Assembly: GCF_009914755.1 (NCBI RefSeq)
Contig: NC_060925.1
DNA length: 64,000 nucleotides
Direction: 5' to 3' (one strand)
Origin: the human T2T-CHM13v2.0 reference genome, Homo sapiens
Both the position numbers and the translations under genes were made by a program. This document shows positions 36,290 to 52,502 of this stretch, piece by piece (the first letter of the stretch is position 1; every line of letters begins with the position of its first letter). The notes beneath the pieces were generated by a model, which had not been told where the DNA came from, made no database searches, and saw only the letters and a list, made by a program, of their open reading frames with translations.

Positions 36290-36885
36290 TTTTTTAAAAA
36301 AATTATTTGAGATGGAATCTTGCTCTATTGCTCAGGCTGGAGTGCAGTGGTGCAATCTCAGCTAACTGCAACCTCTGGCTCCTGCGTTCAAGCAATTCTT
36401 GTGGCCTAGCCTCCCGAGTAGCTGGGATTACAGGCACGCACCACCACTCCCGGCTAATTTCTTTTTAGTACAGATATGTTTCACCATGTTGGCCAGGCTG
36501 GTCTTGAACTCCTGGCCTCAAGTGATCTGCCCACCTCGGCCTCCCAAAGTGCTGAGATTACAGGCAAGAGCCACTATTTTATTTTATTTTTATTTGTTTA
36601 TTTATTTTTTAGACAGAGTCTCCGTGGCCAGGCTAGAATGCAGTGGCACAGTTTCAGCTCACTGCAACCTCTGCCTCCTGGGTTCAAGTGATTCTTCTGC
36701 CTCAGCCTTCTGAGTAGCTGGGACTACAGACACATGCCACTGCACCCCACTAATTCTCTGTATTTTTAGTAGAGACGGGGTTTCACTATGTTGGCCAGGA
36801 TGGTCTCAATCTCCTGACCTCGTGATCTGCCCACCTCGGCCTCCCAAAGTGCTGGGATTACAGGCGTGAGCCACCACACCTGGCC
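36290..36885 (-). mobile_element. Two tandem antisense AluS elements (~36290-36575, ~36580-36885)
   Basis: Two consecutive dimeric Alus. Confidence 0.93.
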
Positions 36886-36911
36886 CTTTATTTTTTTAAA
36901 GAACCTAACTG

Positions 36912-37209
<298 letters not shown>

Positions 37210-37254
37210 CTAACTAAAGCATCATCTGCTCTGGAAATTCTCTCCCCCACCTCC

Positions 37255-37425
37255 TTTTTTTTTTTTTTTTTTTTTTTTTTTGAGACAGGGTCTCACTCTG
37301 TTGTCCAGGCTGGAGAACAATGGCACAATCATGGCTCACTGCAGACTTGAACTGGGTTCAAGAGATCTTTATGCCTCGGCCTCCCAAAGTCTTGGGATTA
37401 TAGGTGTGAATAACTGTGCCCAGCC
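37255..37425 (-). mobile_element. Short AluJ/monomer-like element with long poly-T
   Basis: T-run then gagacagggtctcactctg ... gtgcccagcc. Confidence 0.85.
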
Positions 37426-40400
37426 TCTTCTCTCGCCTTGATCATTTTGGTGCCTTCCCCTCTCCTGGTCCTTTTCAGAGTATCTTAATTGTTCCTTCCT
37501 TGGTCTAGGTCCCTTGTGATCACAGGTTCGTTGGGTGTAGTCTGTCCTTTCTAAATCAATGCCTCCAACATAGCAAGGCCTCCATCAATATTTATGGAAT
37601 GGGTGGATAATATTCTGAGAATTCAGCTTAAAACATCACAAAAACACCCCAGGAAGAAACAGGCCCCTCCTCAGCCCCTCTGCTCCCTGCCCTGTTTTTC
37701 ACCCCAAGGGCTGGCAGTCCTCTCCGCATTCGGTTCAACGGACTTTCTTAAACCTTCGTAACACCCTTTCCTATAAGTGAGACTAGTTAAATGATTTTGC
37801 CAAAGCATATTTGTGCACATACAAAGACATATAATGAAGACAAGTAGCTGCCGTGTTCACCTCCCTGTAAGCAAATATCAATAGAATAATGAAATTTTTG
37901 TGTTAGGATATTTTTATTCAGTCTGAACACAAATAAGTCATAGAGGGTAGTCAATGCTTTGGAAATAAATCACGTTAATTCCACTATAAACAATTAATGT
38001 TCACCTAGCCCCAACTCTGGGTCAAATATTTTCCAACATTCTAGGGATAAAAAGTAGCCCTCTCTTACCCTAATTTTCTTGTTCTCCCTCCCTCTCTTTT
38101 GCTTTTTCTCTCTGTCTCAATTATCTCTTTCATCAGATGCTCTCTGTCACATACTATGCTAGGCTTGCGGGTAAAACAGTAAATAGGAGAGAATTAGTCT
38201 CATGGCATTTAAATAGTCTCTGAGCAATAATTAATCACACATGTATTCCCTATGGCTAGCCTAATATCTGCCAGTGATGCTTGTTAATGAATCAATGAAT
38301 TGATCAAACAATGAAATCATGGATAAACTAATTAAAAATGTTCCTATGTATTTTGCTTAAGAACAGCCAGCAGCTCATGTTTCATCAGTGCATGTGATTT
38401 GAGGGCTGTCATTTCTGGCTGGATGCTGGGTATTCCAAATAATTCCTCCCATATTCTCCTTTTCCATTCATTTATCACTCTCCTCTTTTTTATTTCTCTC
38501 TTAGTCTCACAGATAAATGATAGGTTAGAATCAGAGCAAGAGAATCTATTCAAGGTTGCTTTTTTCTTTTTTTTAAACTTCAAAGCTCTAGTTTTGCAGA
38601 GCCATCTGAATTCCTTGTGATGGTGACAAAATATAAAGTAGGGTGCCTCCAAGTTCATCAGAAGCCTGCCAACCACTATCTTGTAGTCTGATATCTACCA
38701 CTAGGGGAGCTGCAAGTTCAAAAGGCCTCTCACTAGGAGTCTGCCCTGGAAGCTGACTGTGGCCCTCATCTGATAGCCTCATGGGAGAGCACCTAACTCC
38801 CTTTCCTGCAGTGAGGCTATTACTCACAAGTCTCCAGAATTGATGAAAATGGCTGCAAGGACAAATTTAGATAACAGTGGGGGAAAAAATGGCTTGTGGA
38901 TCAGAGATGCAAATTGGCGATGACATTGGGTAATAAATGAGTCCAATCTGTGTAAGAGGCTGGGGTCATGCCTATTATCATCCCACACGGCGACATTGGC
39001 GAGAGCAGGACTTTGGCAGGCATTTATCACAGAGTATATTACAAATGTCATTAGTGAAACATTAATATTACACAACATTTTAGAAAGGCTGAAGCAATCA
39101 TCTCGTTTTAATAACAAGACAGTTCTTAAAGATTTCCTTTATTTTTTCCTCAAGCAGAAAATGAGGAACATTCTAGGATTATCAGATCTCACTCTTTGTT
39201 TGCAAATTGCAAACTGAAACTGTTGATCACTGCATTTCTTTCTTCTTAAATCGGGTCTGCTTGACAAGTGACTGCCATGCATTTCTCTTTATTCAAGGAG
39301 ACAGAAGACCCTGCTGTTTTGAGGTAAGGGAATTTGCTCCTTGTTGGTTGAAAATTGTAAGCTCTGGAGATGGATTTTTTTAGGCACCCGATAAATACTG
39401 AGCTGTGTTTGTATCATCTTCTGCCATGCTTTGAGGAGAAAAAAAAGAGACCTCTGATGCTCTTAGCATAATAGCAAAGGCTTTAGTAGTTGAGGGTTAC
39501 TTCCAAAGAAACCTGATTTTAACCCTTGGAATTCTGGCCACTTCCACAAAGAGTAGCCAGAGAAATAATCTCACTGGCCTCTGTCACATTTCCTCCTGGA
39601 TTAAGCATCTATTATATGCTCTAATTTTGCTGGGAATTGAAAGGAGTATTAATAAGAAAACCAAAAAATACATATCTGAATTTATAAACAATACATAAAA
39701 TCATTGACTTACAGAATATTAGAGTTGCAAACAATTTTAGGGAGGTCCTTTTTTTATTTAAGAAAATGGAGAATAACTGGCTTTGCTCAGACTAGTTGGG
39801 AGTATTTGAGAGAGAATTGGGACAAGAAACTAGGACTTTAGACTATTTAAAGAAGGAGTTCAAGACTTAGATGGGTGTCAAGGCAAATACAGTGAGGCAG
39901 TTCAGAAATAATGCAACCACAAAAAAATCTCAAACACCAATATGAGACATTATATAATCAAGTGACAAAATATGTGATACAGATAGAAAGGACTAGGACC
40001 AGAGAGCAGTGGGAGGCCAGTGACATTAGAGTTGAAAGTGTCCAAAGGTGGAATTTGAGTTTCAGCTGATGATGCTTGAGTGTGATAAAATAGATGGTAT
40101 GGGAAGAGGCTAGTCACAATTTGATGAATTAATGACTATTAAATATTAAAGGGCAAAGGGCAAAAATGATCAATAAACATGCAGAATAAGGAATTGACAG
40201 GATGTAGGTGGGCGACAGTAAAGGGTCACACCCAGTGGAGAAGGGGATTTGTGTTGAGAGATGAGTCTGATGGACGATGTAGCCTTAGCACCTCTCCTGT
40301 GCAGGCACAAGGAGTGAGAATAAAGGCATGAATAATTTAGATCTCCTGTCAGACCTGGACCAAGATCCCAGCTCTCCTAAATCCTAGCCTAAGGACTTTT

Positions 40401-41766
40401 CCATAGAAGCAAATAGTTTTTGCAGCTGCTTCCTCTGGCGGTATGTGCATATAGATTTTCTTTTGTACAGTTAAAAAATGTAGATTCATGCTTGCCAAGG
40501 TAGATAAGTCTGGGTTTTGTCTCAGCATGAGAAGCCATCAATAAGTTGTTAAAATAAATAAGTAAACAAATTAAAACAACAGGTGATGGTGGTGTTCTGC
40601 ATAGCTTGAGGGGGTCAATGATGGGGAGAGAATTACAAGTAAATATAATTGAAATAAAAACTGAGACAATCTAGGAAGGGGAGCCAGTTCTTCTGACCTC
40701 ACACTTTACATACATGTTAATACCTTTCTTTGAAACTGTATAAATTCACTTTGGCCAGAAATTCCCCAGTTTTTCCCCCCAAGTGATCAGGCCCATTGCT
40801 CATGCTTCCTCCCATCCCATCTGGAGCTTCTTCTCTGAAACTAAATGATGTGGCAAATTGACATTTCTGCAATAGCATAGAAAAAAAGAACAAGACTTGT
40901 TTATGATTTATGCACTGCATTTTCATGCTCCGGGGCATAGATAATTTAGCAGAGGCTTGAAATGAAGGAGAAAGCATTTAAAGTCATGTGGGAATTTGAT
41001 AATACCATTGGGTTGAATGTTATTTGTATGACTTTGGAAATAATTAATTTCTCAAATCTACTTTGTCTTCCAAGTTGATTAGTCTACTTGTTGCAGATGA
41101 CTCCTTGATGGTTAGTGAAACTCTCAGGATGTGGGGTGGGTAAGTATTTACTAATGAAACCAGCCATTAAATGGCATTTTATTCCAATGTGCCAAATACA
41201 GGAGGGACCATTCCAATAGCCTGCCTTCCTGGGAAGGAGAGACTTTTGCCCAGGATTGAGGAGACCTAAGTCCTATTTCCAACTTTGATGAAGACAGTGG
41301 ACTCCTCCATGAACAATTTACTCATCCTTGGACTTCCCACTCCAGGACTGGTACATAAGAATTGTCAACTAATGTGTTGCTGAATGGATGCCAAGCTGGT
41401 TGTGTAATTCTGTGGACTTGCCTCTGGGTCTCAGTTTTGTCAGTTGTATAATAAAAGCATCCTTGTTGCTCATGTTTAAAGTCCCCTTACCGCACTAAAA
41501 TCCTATGACACAAGCCTTACATGATTTGGGCTTGACTTGTTTAATTATCGTTTTGCCTCAATCTGATCAAAATGTTAGCTAGTAGCCTGAGATAAATTGA
41601 AAAATCTTCCTCTGTTTTTTTCGCATGATAAAACGTCTGTTTAAGGCAATTTCTATTTTTAAAAAATCATATATGGGTAGTTATGAATTACTGAGGCATG
41701 AGACCATATCAATAGCAATGAAATAAAATATTATTAAACTATTATTTAAAAAAAAAAAACAAATAG

Positions 41767-42431
<665 letters not shown>

Positions 42432-43907
42432 TTACCCTGGTCCATTCAGCTTTATTTTTTAATTTTAAAAATTAGCCCAAATGGGTGGCTCTACCGTTAT
42501 GAATTACCTAGTAAGATAAAGGTAAGGAGAAGAAAGCTTTGCCTGACATAAGAGCTTAAGAAATCCATATCAAGTCCATTGCTGAATGGTGAGATGTGGG
42601 TGCAATGTGATTTATTTTATATTTTAATGTAAATGCAATGTAATATCCTTCTAGAGATTACATTTGTCCTGTTGCTTCCACTGAAAGAAGAGCCAGAAAT
42701 ATGCCTTAGAATTTTGGAAGAGAACTGCCCATCTTCAAGGATGGATATTGGTCTCCCCGGAGTCGCTGACAGGGTTCCTGGGGAAGAATAAGAGCTCCTA
42801 GCATCGTTGATGTAGCTTCTTTTAGATGGGTGAGGCTGAAAAATAACTCTACTTATTGTATAGAGAAAAGGAGTATAATCAGATCTTTTGTGTATTTAAA
42901 AGGGAAGGCTGCTGGACCTCTAAAGTATGGATTTCTGGTTGGGGAGGAGATTGGCTTGTTCTGGACCAAGGAGGTGGGTGGATACAGCAGAAGCAGCCAT
43001 AAGTAGGCATGTGAAAGCCAACTGGTCCCTGGGTGGTAGCTGTGTATAGCAGTGGAAAGATCTGAGCCCTGATGTATGCATACTTAGCGGCACATTAGAT
43101 TATTTTAACATTAAAGGACTGGGTGGACCATTCTATAGACAGGCCTCAGCAGGTTTCTGTTCAGGTGGAAACTCAGATCCTGCTGATGGAGTACGTACAG
43201 GCATGCCTTCAACAGGAATAGAGACTTCAGGAGGCAGTGAGCAGATTCTAGCTCTGGCATTGCTGGGGTGAGGATATGTCTGCCCTCCCAACCCTCTTCT
43301 ACTTTTGGACTTCTAAAAAGTACCTGGACAATTCAGAGGTAAGAGGCATCTAAGAAGTACATAATAGACTTCCTGCTAACGATGCAGATTAGGCCTTGAC
43401 CCATTCATTGATAAATAATAAAAAGTATTTAAAATAATAAAGAATAAAAAAGTTTTACTGGCAACTCGAGTTAAGGGAAAAATTTATACTATTTTTACAA
43501 GTAATATGTACTCATTTAGAAAATGTAGAGAATGCAGAGAAGTAGGAAGAGTAAGAGCATTCAAATTCACAAACTCAACGATGATCACTGTTAATATTTT
43601 GGAGTGACTATCCCCTTAAGAAAATAGTGCTTTAATAAGTGGACTGCAAATATTCATGGGCCAACTGCATATCTTTTGATGGGGGAAGACTTTGTGCAGA
43701 GTGGCGGGTTGGGCCCACCCCTCAGGCAGTGCAGCCTTTCAGATTCCACAGGCACCTAGGTTTGGTTTTTATTATGAACTAAAAGCTCCACGAAGAATTT
43801 CTGTCTTGTTCACTGCTGACTCCCAGCAGCTAGAACAGTAACTGACCCATAGTTGCCCTCAAAATATATTTACTAAGTGAATGAATGGATGAACGTGTGG
43901 GTGTCAG

Positions 43908-44082
43908 TTGGGGTTACCAAATTTAGCAAATAAATACCTAGCATTCTCATTTAACTATACATTTTTAATACACTTTTTTAGTGTAAATATAATATTGCAT
44001 GGATATATTTGTACTAAAAATTATTTGTTATTTATCTGAGATTCAAATTTAAGTAGATATCCTATCATTTATCTTGTACCCC
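43908..44082. mobile_element. MER53-like palindromic hAT MITE
   Basis: ggggttaccaaatttagcaaataaata ... tttatctgagattcaaatttaa...tttatcttgtacccct. Confidence 0.65.
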
Positions 44083-44679
44083 TTTTATGAGGTTCTGTTT
44101 CTTCTAGATTTCCTCATTCTGTTGTATTTTCTTGTTCCTTCTTATTGGGATACTTACACTGTGCTTCCCTGAAGGGAGGTAGATGACTGAAGTGTGATTT
44201 TCCAAAGGCAGAAGGAGGCTCGTCACAGCCTACTTTATCCAAATGGGCCCTTAACCTGCAGTCCTACCAGCCTCTCAAACAGCGAAACTTTGCAGCTGGC
44301 AGAGATGTGTATGACACACCTGTGCTGCCAATCACTGAAGAAACCATGTCTTGAGGAACCTAAGGAGAAAAACTCAGTGGCAATTGCTTGTCAGTGAAAA
44401 CAGGTAAAGTGGTTGCGTATTTAACATTAGGTTGTGAAGTGAGTCTATCCTCAGGAAGGAAAGGATAAAAGCTTATGTATGAGACATTTCATATTCAGAT
44501 GAAATGAATACCTAGCCTGCACCTTCTTTCTTGGGTAGTTGTAATGTCAGCTCTCTCTGGGGTTCTTTCTTTGACCCACTTCTCTTCTCATTCTAGGTTA
44601 GCCCCTCCACTCCCATGGTTTTAACTGATGAGTTACAAATCTTAGTATCTGTAATGCAGATTTTCATCCAGTAGGTGAT

Positions 44680-46560
44680 TGTAGAACACCTACTATGTGT
44701 GAACAAGATGCTTTGGGATAAAATATTCTTGTTTCTAGTCCTGATTTTTGAAACAGTCTTTTCAGTGGAGACAAAATCAAATATTCAGGAAATAGATATG
44801 AAAGTATTGTGATAACTGCAATGAAGGAAAAACAGAGTAAAATGAACCTGGCAGAGAATAACTTAAAAACAAGGATGGTGTTGCCAGGGTGGAGAGAAAG
44901 GAGAGGGGAGTACTACAAGACAGGCAGGCATAGGCCAGTCACAGAGGCTTGTAGACCATGTGAAATAATTTGCTCGTCATCATGAGAGCAATGGAACTCC
45001 ATTACAATATGTTAAGGTAGAGAATAAAATAAGATATACATTTTGAAATAAACAATAAACAAGATTTACATTTTCAAGATTGACATTTTGAAAAGCTTGC
45101 TGTGACTGTGGTGTGAAGAATGGATTGAAGGTCAATACTGGATATAGGTGAGGTCAGTTAGAAAGCTTTAGGAGTAGTCCATTAAGAGATGAAGGTAATT
45201 TGTTCCAGGATGTTGGTGGTAGAGACAGAGAAAGAATGATGTGGGAGTTAGGTAAGAAGTAAATGGCAGGACTTGATGATGGGTTAAATGGGCTGGTGAA
45301 GATGAGGTGGTATCAGGACTGGCTTGTAGTTTTCTGGTATGTACAACCTACTGGTGTTATGCCAATTACTGAGCTATGGATGACTGGAGGAAGGCCAGGT
45401 TTGGAGAGTCAGATCCTAAGTTTGGGGACATCCTGAATTTAATGTCCCCTCAGAGCTTCATGTTGTATAGGCAATTGGATGTATTGGTACAGGAACTTAA
45501 AAGGTCTGGGCTACATATTTATATTGGAACTTATTGACAGCTGGCTGGTGTTTGAAGCCAGGAGCTTGCCTAAACCAAGAGTATAGAGTGAAAATAAAGG
45601 GAGGGGATATGTTTAATTTCTGAGGAGCTACCTATTTAAAAGACTATACAGAGAAGGATGCCAGGGAAGTTGGGAAGTGGACAGATAAAACCAATGTTGT
45701 GTGATACCGTCAGTACCAAGAGTTGAAGGAAGGTAGAGAGAGTCACTTCAAAGGTTAAGTCGAGTAGAATGGAGATTAGCAGGGGCAGGGCCTGGTGGTG
45801 AGGCAAATGGGTAGATGTTGGTCAAAGGGTACAAAGTTTCAGTTATGTAGAATGAAAAATTTCTAGAGATCGAATGTATACCACGGAGACTATAGCTAAT
45901 AATACTGTATTGTGTACTTGAGGTTTGCTAAGAGAATAGATCTTAAGTGTTTTCACCTCACATAGTTATAAAACTATGTGAGGTGATGGATATGTTCATT
46001 AGTTTGATTAGAGTAATCAGCTCACTATGTATATGTATATGAAGACATTCTGTTTGTGTATCTTAAAACTAGGTTAAGTAAGATAAAGACCCAAAAATTT
46101 CCATTAGATTTACTGTCACTGGGGTCACTGACAACCTCTATAGGGTTGTTTTGGTAGTGAAAAAGATGTAAGTCAGCTTGAAGAGGACTGAGTTTTGGGA
46201 GGTGAGAAAATGAAGATGGCAAGCCAAGAAAACACTGTGATTTTGAAAGTTTTGACTAAAGGAGGGTAGCTAGAACAGTAACTGGTTATAGAGTGAAGTC
46301 AATAAGTAGGGAGAGAAGAAAAATACAGGAAAAGAAGAGTTATTTGATAGTGTAAGAATTCTGCATAAGTGTGCGAAAATGGGTCTCAACATAAGTTGAG
46401 GAACTGACCCATGATAAGAAAAGGGACATTTTTTCCACAGTAACAGCAAGAAACAGACATGTTTCAGCTCCAAAGGTATGTAGGTTTGGTGTTGGGAAGT
46501 TGAGGCCTCCTAATGATTTATCTGTTCTTGTGATGTATGAGGTGAGGTCATTCATCTACT
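44680..46560 (-). mobile_element. Degenerate L2 fragments, with an L1M 3' end inserted at ~45770-46070
   Basis: Typical purine-rich antisense L2 motifs; L1M motif ggtcaaagggtacaaagtttcagttatg...gtgaggtgatggatatgtt. Confidence 0.65.
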
Positions 46561-48719
46561 GAGAGTAAAGGAAATTGGGCAGTACTGGTTTCTAAGTGAA
46601 TTCTGCTAGTGTTTACACGAGCACCCAGCTAAAGGGTGAGTTGAACACACAGTGCAGTGTTGGATGGTTGGATGATTAGAATAGTGGCAATGTAACATTC
46701 TTCATTTCAAAAACTTCCTGACATGGTCACCATTAGTGTTTTATTGCTCCCAACATTTTCTTGGCCTGTAATTATATATTTTCATGAGCAATATACATGT
46801 CTAATACAAAAAAGCTAGAATTCCCTTCAAGTTTAATTAATTTTATGATGACAAAGCTCAAAAATTAGATTTGAAAAGTTATTTCCATTATGTAATGTTA
46901 TAATAGTCTAAAAATGCCTGCAAATATTTTATTTTTATGTTTAAACATGATTAGCAGTTACTGTCAACACCAAAAACTCTTTTCTGAAACCATTGAATTG
47001 GAATTAACTTTACAGTGGCATATGTGAAGTTAAGAATACGAGCAATTGATGTTAATGAACAAAATATAACTCGTTTTGAGTTTTTTATTAAAACCATGCC
47101 TGTCTTTTAAAAGGGTAAGTAATTAAATGTAAATACCAGTGTTTGAAGGAAAAGTTAAAGTTGAGATGTTCATTGAATAAGAATAATGTATCTCAGAAAG
47201 TTTAATTTTTCTTGAACTCTGAATTAAATGAAGCACGAATTATATCAGAATGGTTTTTTTCCTTCCCATTTAACAATTTGTCATTCATGTAGAATATTTA
47301 TATATTTTTAAATTTATAGCTATTATTTCCCATATGTCTTAATGCAAATGCCCTGAAGTTAAATTGGGGGTTGAACAATCTTTTGTTAATTTGTCCAAAC
47401 TCATGCCAACACAGAATTACTTTTTGACCAATAAAATAAAATTTTATAAAGATTTTTAGTTTGCTGAGTCCGAGAGTCAACATTTTCTCCAACTTTTTGG
47501 CATGTTTTTAAAAAGGGGCTTTTATTAGAAGCTGTCAGCAATATGTATAGATTAACTTGTATTAATCAAGCCACTGAAACTCTTTTTACTGGGGAGGAAT
47601 AAGTGTGTGTCTTTGCAATTTGGTCTATATCAAATAAGACAATGGCTTTAGAAGGATGCTAAAAATAAATTACACTGTGATATATTTTCAAACATGCAGG
47701 ACCAAGTCAAAATATGGGTTTAGCTGCAAATGGTCATTAAGGTTTATTGAGTATATTGAGCAGTTACTGAGGATATACTAAATCTCCTAAATTTCAGTCA
47801 CTACACTAGGGGGGTTAAGAAGACAAAAGATGAACACATATTTTGCCTTTAAGAAACTAGAATAATCAATAGATGTTTTATAAGAACAGACAAGAGTTAC
47901 ATGCATACAAGTCACTGAGAGGAATCCAAACTATTTGTTCCACTTGTTCTACCTCTAGCTGAATTCTGTGCAGAGTAGCCAAAAGAGGTTCTTGGTATAC
48001 TTGTCAATGCCATGTGAACCAGCAGTGTTTGGGATAATGAATTGGATAGAGGGTCAGTTCTGGGCACAGGGGCAGTCAGTATCTTATAGGTGGGGCTTCA
48101 GGGAGACCATCAGCCTGTGAGAAGTCCTGCTGTGAGGACTGTTCCCAATAGAGATGCCCTCCAGGTGTGGTGACCAGTACATCATGCCTTGTCATGTCTG
48201 GAATGTGAATGCAAACCCTTCACAAAGGCACACTCAGACAGAAACGGGAAATGGCAGAAACCATCCATGAGTCAAGAGAAGCAACAAAGAAGCAACAGCC
48301 ATGAGATAGAGAGGAGGAGGAAGACACAGGATAAGCCATGGGTGAGGCAGAGCCAGAGAGCCGGAAGAAGCCAAAGCCCACACAGAGGCTGAGGCTCTTA
48401 GATGGATCATTTCTAAGGATACTTTTAGAACAAAAAGTAATTTGTAGACCCCTCATTGATATTGCATGCTTTCCAGAGGACTGACTGACCTTAGAGCTGA
48501 ATTTCTGAATTCAATTAATTTATTGAATATCTTTTACAGTCAGTCTTTCCACCTGGGCTAATATAGCTTGATTTTGTATCTCCGTGGCCATCCATAACAT
48601 GTAACAGGCTCCCTCATGCATCCTCTGTATCTTTCTAGAGCATTCTGTCTAAAACATAAATGGATCAGGCCAACACACAGGTTTTTCCTTCTTTGACTCT
48701 GACTGAAAGTATGTTATCG

Positions 48720-49500
48720 TAATGACTTCTGGCACAAACTACCCTAAATTAGGCCAGACTTCATAGGTTACAGGCACAGTCCTCCACAGAACTCCCCTCA
48801 CTTTAGACACCAGCTACATGCTCAGCAGTCTTGAAGCCTCCTGCACTTCTGACCAACTCGATACAAATTTGGAGGTTCTACTTCCCTTTCAGGTTTAATA
48901 ATTCAGTAGAATAAATTATGGAACTCAGGAAAGTGCTTTATTTTGCCATGGTACACTATACTATGAATTATACTTTTATTATAGCAAAAAAGGATACCAG
49001 TCAGAGCCAGCCAAAAGAAGAGGCATAAAATAAGAATCCTAAATGTGAAACTTCTGTGTCCTCTTCCCATGGAGTCAGAATGCATCATTTTTCTAGCACA
49101 TAATTGTAAAGAATGAGCATAGAGTACTATTAGCCAGTGAAGTTCAACTGAACTTTAGTATCCAGAGTTTTTATTGGAATTTCATAATATAGGAATGATT
49201 GATTGAATCCTTGGCCATGGGATTGAAATCCATCTTCATCCCTCCTCTTCTTCCTGGATGTTGGGTAGATATCACATGGCTAAAAGCCATAGTTGGTCTT
49301 TCTGGTATGGCCACCTCTACCCTGAGTCATCCCATTAGCATAAACTATCTAGAGACTCAGTATGAATCATCTTGTTGGTATAAACTACCAGGGCTTATCA
49401 TAAATAACAAAGATACCCCTATCACTCAGGAAATTGCAAATATTTAGGGACATTCTCCCAGGAACTGGGGACAAAGACCAGTCAGGTTCTTTATTATATA
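48720..49500. mobile_element. MER21-like LTR
   Basis: actaccctaaattaggccagacttcatagg ... ggaactggggacaaagaccag. Confidence 0.65.
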
Positions 49501-51021
49501 GGAGTTATCACATTTTGTTTTTTTAAGATATATTTTAATCTCTTTCATATTTTGTATCTCCTGCCTCTCTGATCTTCAATTTAAGTAATTATTTCAGATC
49601 AGTCTTCGCACTCACTAATTCCCAATTCCTTCTTTGGCTGTGGATAACTTACTTTCAACTGAGTTTTTAACTTCAAAGATTATGTTTTTTATTTATATTA
49701 GTTTCATTCAGTTTTGAAAATATCTGCCTAGTCATTTTGGATAGCCTATTGTTGCTTGCTGATTTTTTTCTCATTTTAGTTTATTTTAATTATTTTATTT
49801 TTTCCTGTCTGTAAGCAAAAGGTTGTCATTTTCTATTCTGTAATCAATAATTTTGTGAACTGTAGTTCTAAGGGTTCTAAATTTATTATCACTTGGTTTT
49901 CATTATCATATTTGTTTCCTTGTGGATTTGGTGATCCTTGATTTTGAGTTCTTATTTAGTTGATCCTCATCTGTGGGAATAATGAGAGCTTAAATTGGGG
50001 TTGTTCTTCTCCAGAGAGGTTTTGCTATTGTATCTCCTGGGATGCTATTAACTTGGGATGATTTCTGTTCCTTTCATTGAATCCATCTTAATTTGGGAGT
50101 TCTAGTTTTAGCATCCCTACATTGATGTGGGCCTACAACTTTGATTTGTCAGTTACAGGAGACTTTGAGGAAATTTGGGAAGGGGAAAAGCAGGAATAAA
50201 GGGGTTCCTAGATATAGCTTTCACAATGATGTCTCCAAACCTCCCTATATGTCAAATATTATGTCCTCTTTGTCTTTCAGCTATTTTATGTGGACTTGCT
50301 GAAAGAAGTTACAAATAATTTCCCTGATGGGGCTGTGCAGGACCATTGGTAGAGATGGGCCAGAAGCAGAGAAACCACAGGTCTTTGACCCTTGCTCTGC
50401 CATTTTCCCCACTGGTTTGGAGAAACAGTAAATAATTATCTTATTTGACATAATACATTTTATACTGTGATGTAAAAAATGTTATAAATTACATACAAGA
50501 AGTTTATAACAAATTATTTTAAAACCTTACAATCCATCTTTTGTGAAATTAACTGAAAAATATACAGAGTAGGGGATTTAAGGAATGTCAGTTAAGTAAC
50601 AGAGACATTGCTCTTCCTGCTGGGTTACACCTTGGGGAGGGTCTGAACACAGTATATGGAAGGAGGAAGCTGATGAGGAGGGAGATCCAGCAATTTCAGA
50701 TCAGGGGACCTAGTCTCATTATGAGCTGGCTCTACAAGACTGCCAAGCCTTTGAAAGCTATGGGCATTTTATACAGTATAGGCTGCCACAGATACAGTGA
50801 CATCTAACGGCCACCGCATACACAGCATGACCTTGTTGGTGATGGTGGTAGGGTGGAATCAATTTGATGTCATTGAGTTGGGCCTGAATTGAAAATGTAT
50901 TAATCTCATGGCACCTTGAGAAAATGCCTTTCCTGAAAAAGCCTTAGTATCTTCCTCTGCAAAAATGGGACTGCAACTAGTATTATTACTACTGAACACC
51001 TCAATTATTTTATTTTGTAGA

Positions 51022-51514
51022 TGTAATAGGTTTTTTGCCCAAATATATGGCAAGTAATTATAGTGAGGCACCAGGTTGCAGCAGAGAAAGAAGTTTAATT
51101 GCAGGGCCACCAAGTGAGGAAATGGGAGGAAACTTCAAATCTATCTTTCTGAGTAGTTTAGGGCTAGGGTTTTTAAGGGTTTTGGAGTGGGCTGAGGTGT
51201 GGAGATCACTGATTGGTCCAAGAGTGCAGGATGAAGACACTGTATTCTTATCCTAATTTGATTCCTCTTTGGGGCTCTTTAAACTGGTTGGCATCAGCTG
51301 TTCTGCTGGAATTCAGAATCTGCTTAAGCAATTCTTAAATAAAATCCTTATGGTTATACCATCAGAAATCTTATGTTTAGGAACAATGGGGACACAAATG
51401 GTCGGTATCTAGTGTTATGTGACTTCTGGTTACAAGGAAGTGCAGCCTGATGAATGCTTAATTATAACTATATTTCTGTCCAGAATTCTTGTTAACTCTG
51501 TGAGGACAGTTTCA
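51022..51514 (-). mobile_element. ERV1 (MER4-group) solo LTR
   Basis: tgtaatagg...gttgcagcagagaaagaagtttaatt...gaggacagtttca; TG...CA ends. Confidence 0.65.
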
Positions 51515-52502
51515 AAAGGCTTTGAAGAAATAGGGACATTTTAGTTTTTATTATTAATTTGCTGGGGAAAAAATTCCATCTTTGGTGTCTTACATTATTG
51601 ATTTCTTTGGGTTCCAGTGCTAAAGGCTAACTTCCAAATGTGAATGTAAAACCTGTTAAAATCTTAGCCCAAATACCTTTGCTTAGTTAGCCTTTACAGG
51701 GCTTTATCAGTTGCCATCCAGGCCCAATGGGTGTTAGTAGAGGTAGGCATGGAGGAAAGTGGTTCCATACCTTCACGGTAGGAGCCAGGGGGCTTTAAGT
51801 GAGGTGGACCCAATCACCTACTTCAACCATCTTGCTTTGATACAACCCTGGAGGCAGCTAACCCTTACCCAAAATCACAGGTCTAAAAATAAATGGAGTA
51901 GCAGCTCTTTCTCATTACCAGGCTTCTGTTTGTTTCCACATTTGCCTGTTTATTTGTTTCATTGGCTTTTAGGCAGAGAGCATTCTGTAAAATATTTGGA
52001 ATAGAAAGAAAGATAGAGCACTGAAAATGCAAAGGCACAAGATATAAATCAGAACTACAATTTCCTTGGTGTTGCTCTTGTTTCCTTATCAATGATGTAG
52101 ATTCTCAGGCATACTCTCAGAGGCTTGAGAAAGCCCTTCTTAAGGACCTTGAACCTTATTTAACAAACACACAATCCTCCATCACCTGGATTCTGGTTAC
52201 CAAAGAAATGGAAACTGGGCCAAAAATGTACACAATGCTCATGTGCAAAATCCTAAAAGAAACAGAAGCTGGCAACAAAGGATAAGTTACCCTGATGGGC
52301 TCATTTTTTCCTAAACACTCCGTAGTTTAAGAATCATTTTTGTTATTAATTGCTTAAACATGATTTTCAAATTTATATAAACATTAGTTAATATTGACTG
52401 GAAAAGACTTAGAATTTTTTTCCATTTAATTAAGAAGCAAAAATACCAGGGTAATTATTAAACAAATCAGTGGAAAGGTCAGAGGCTTTAAGTTACAAAT
52501 TC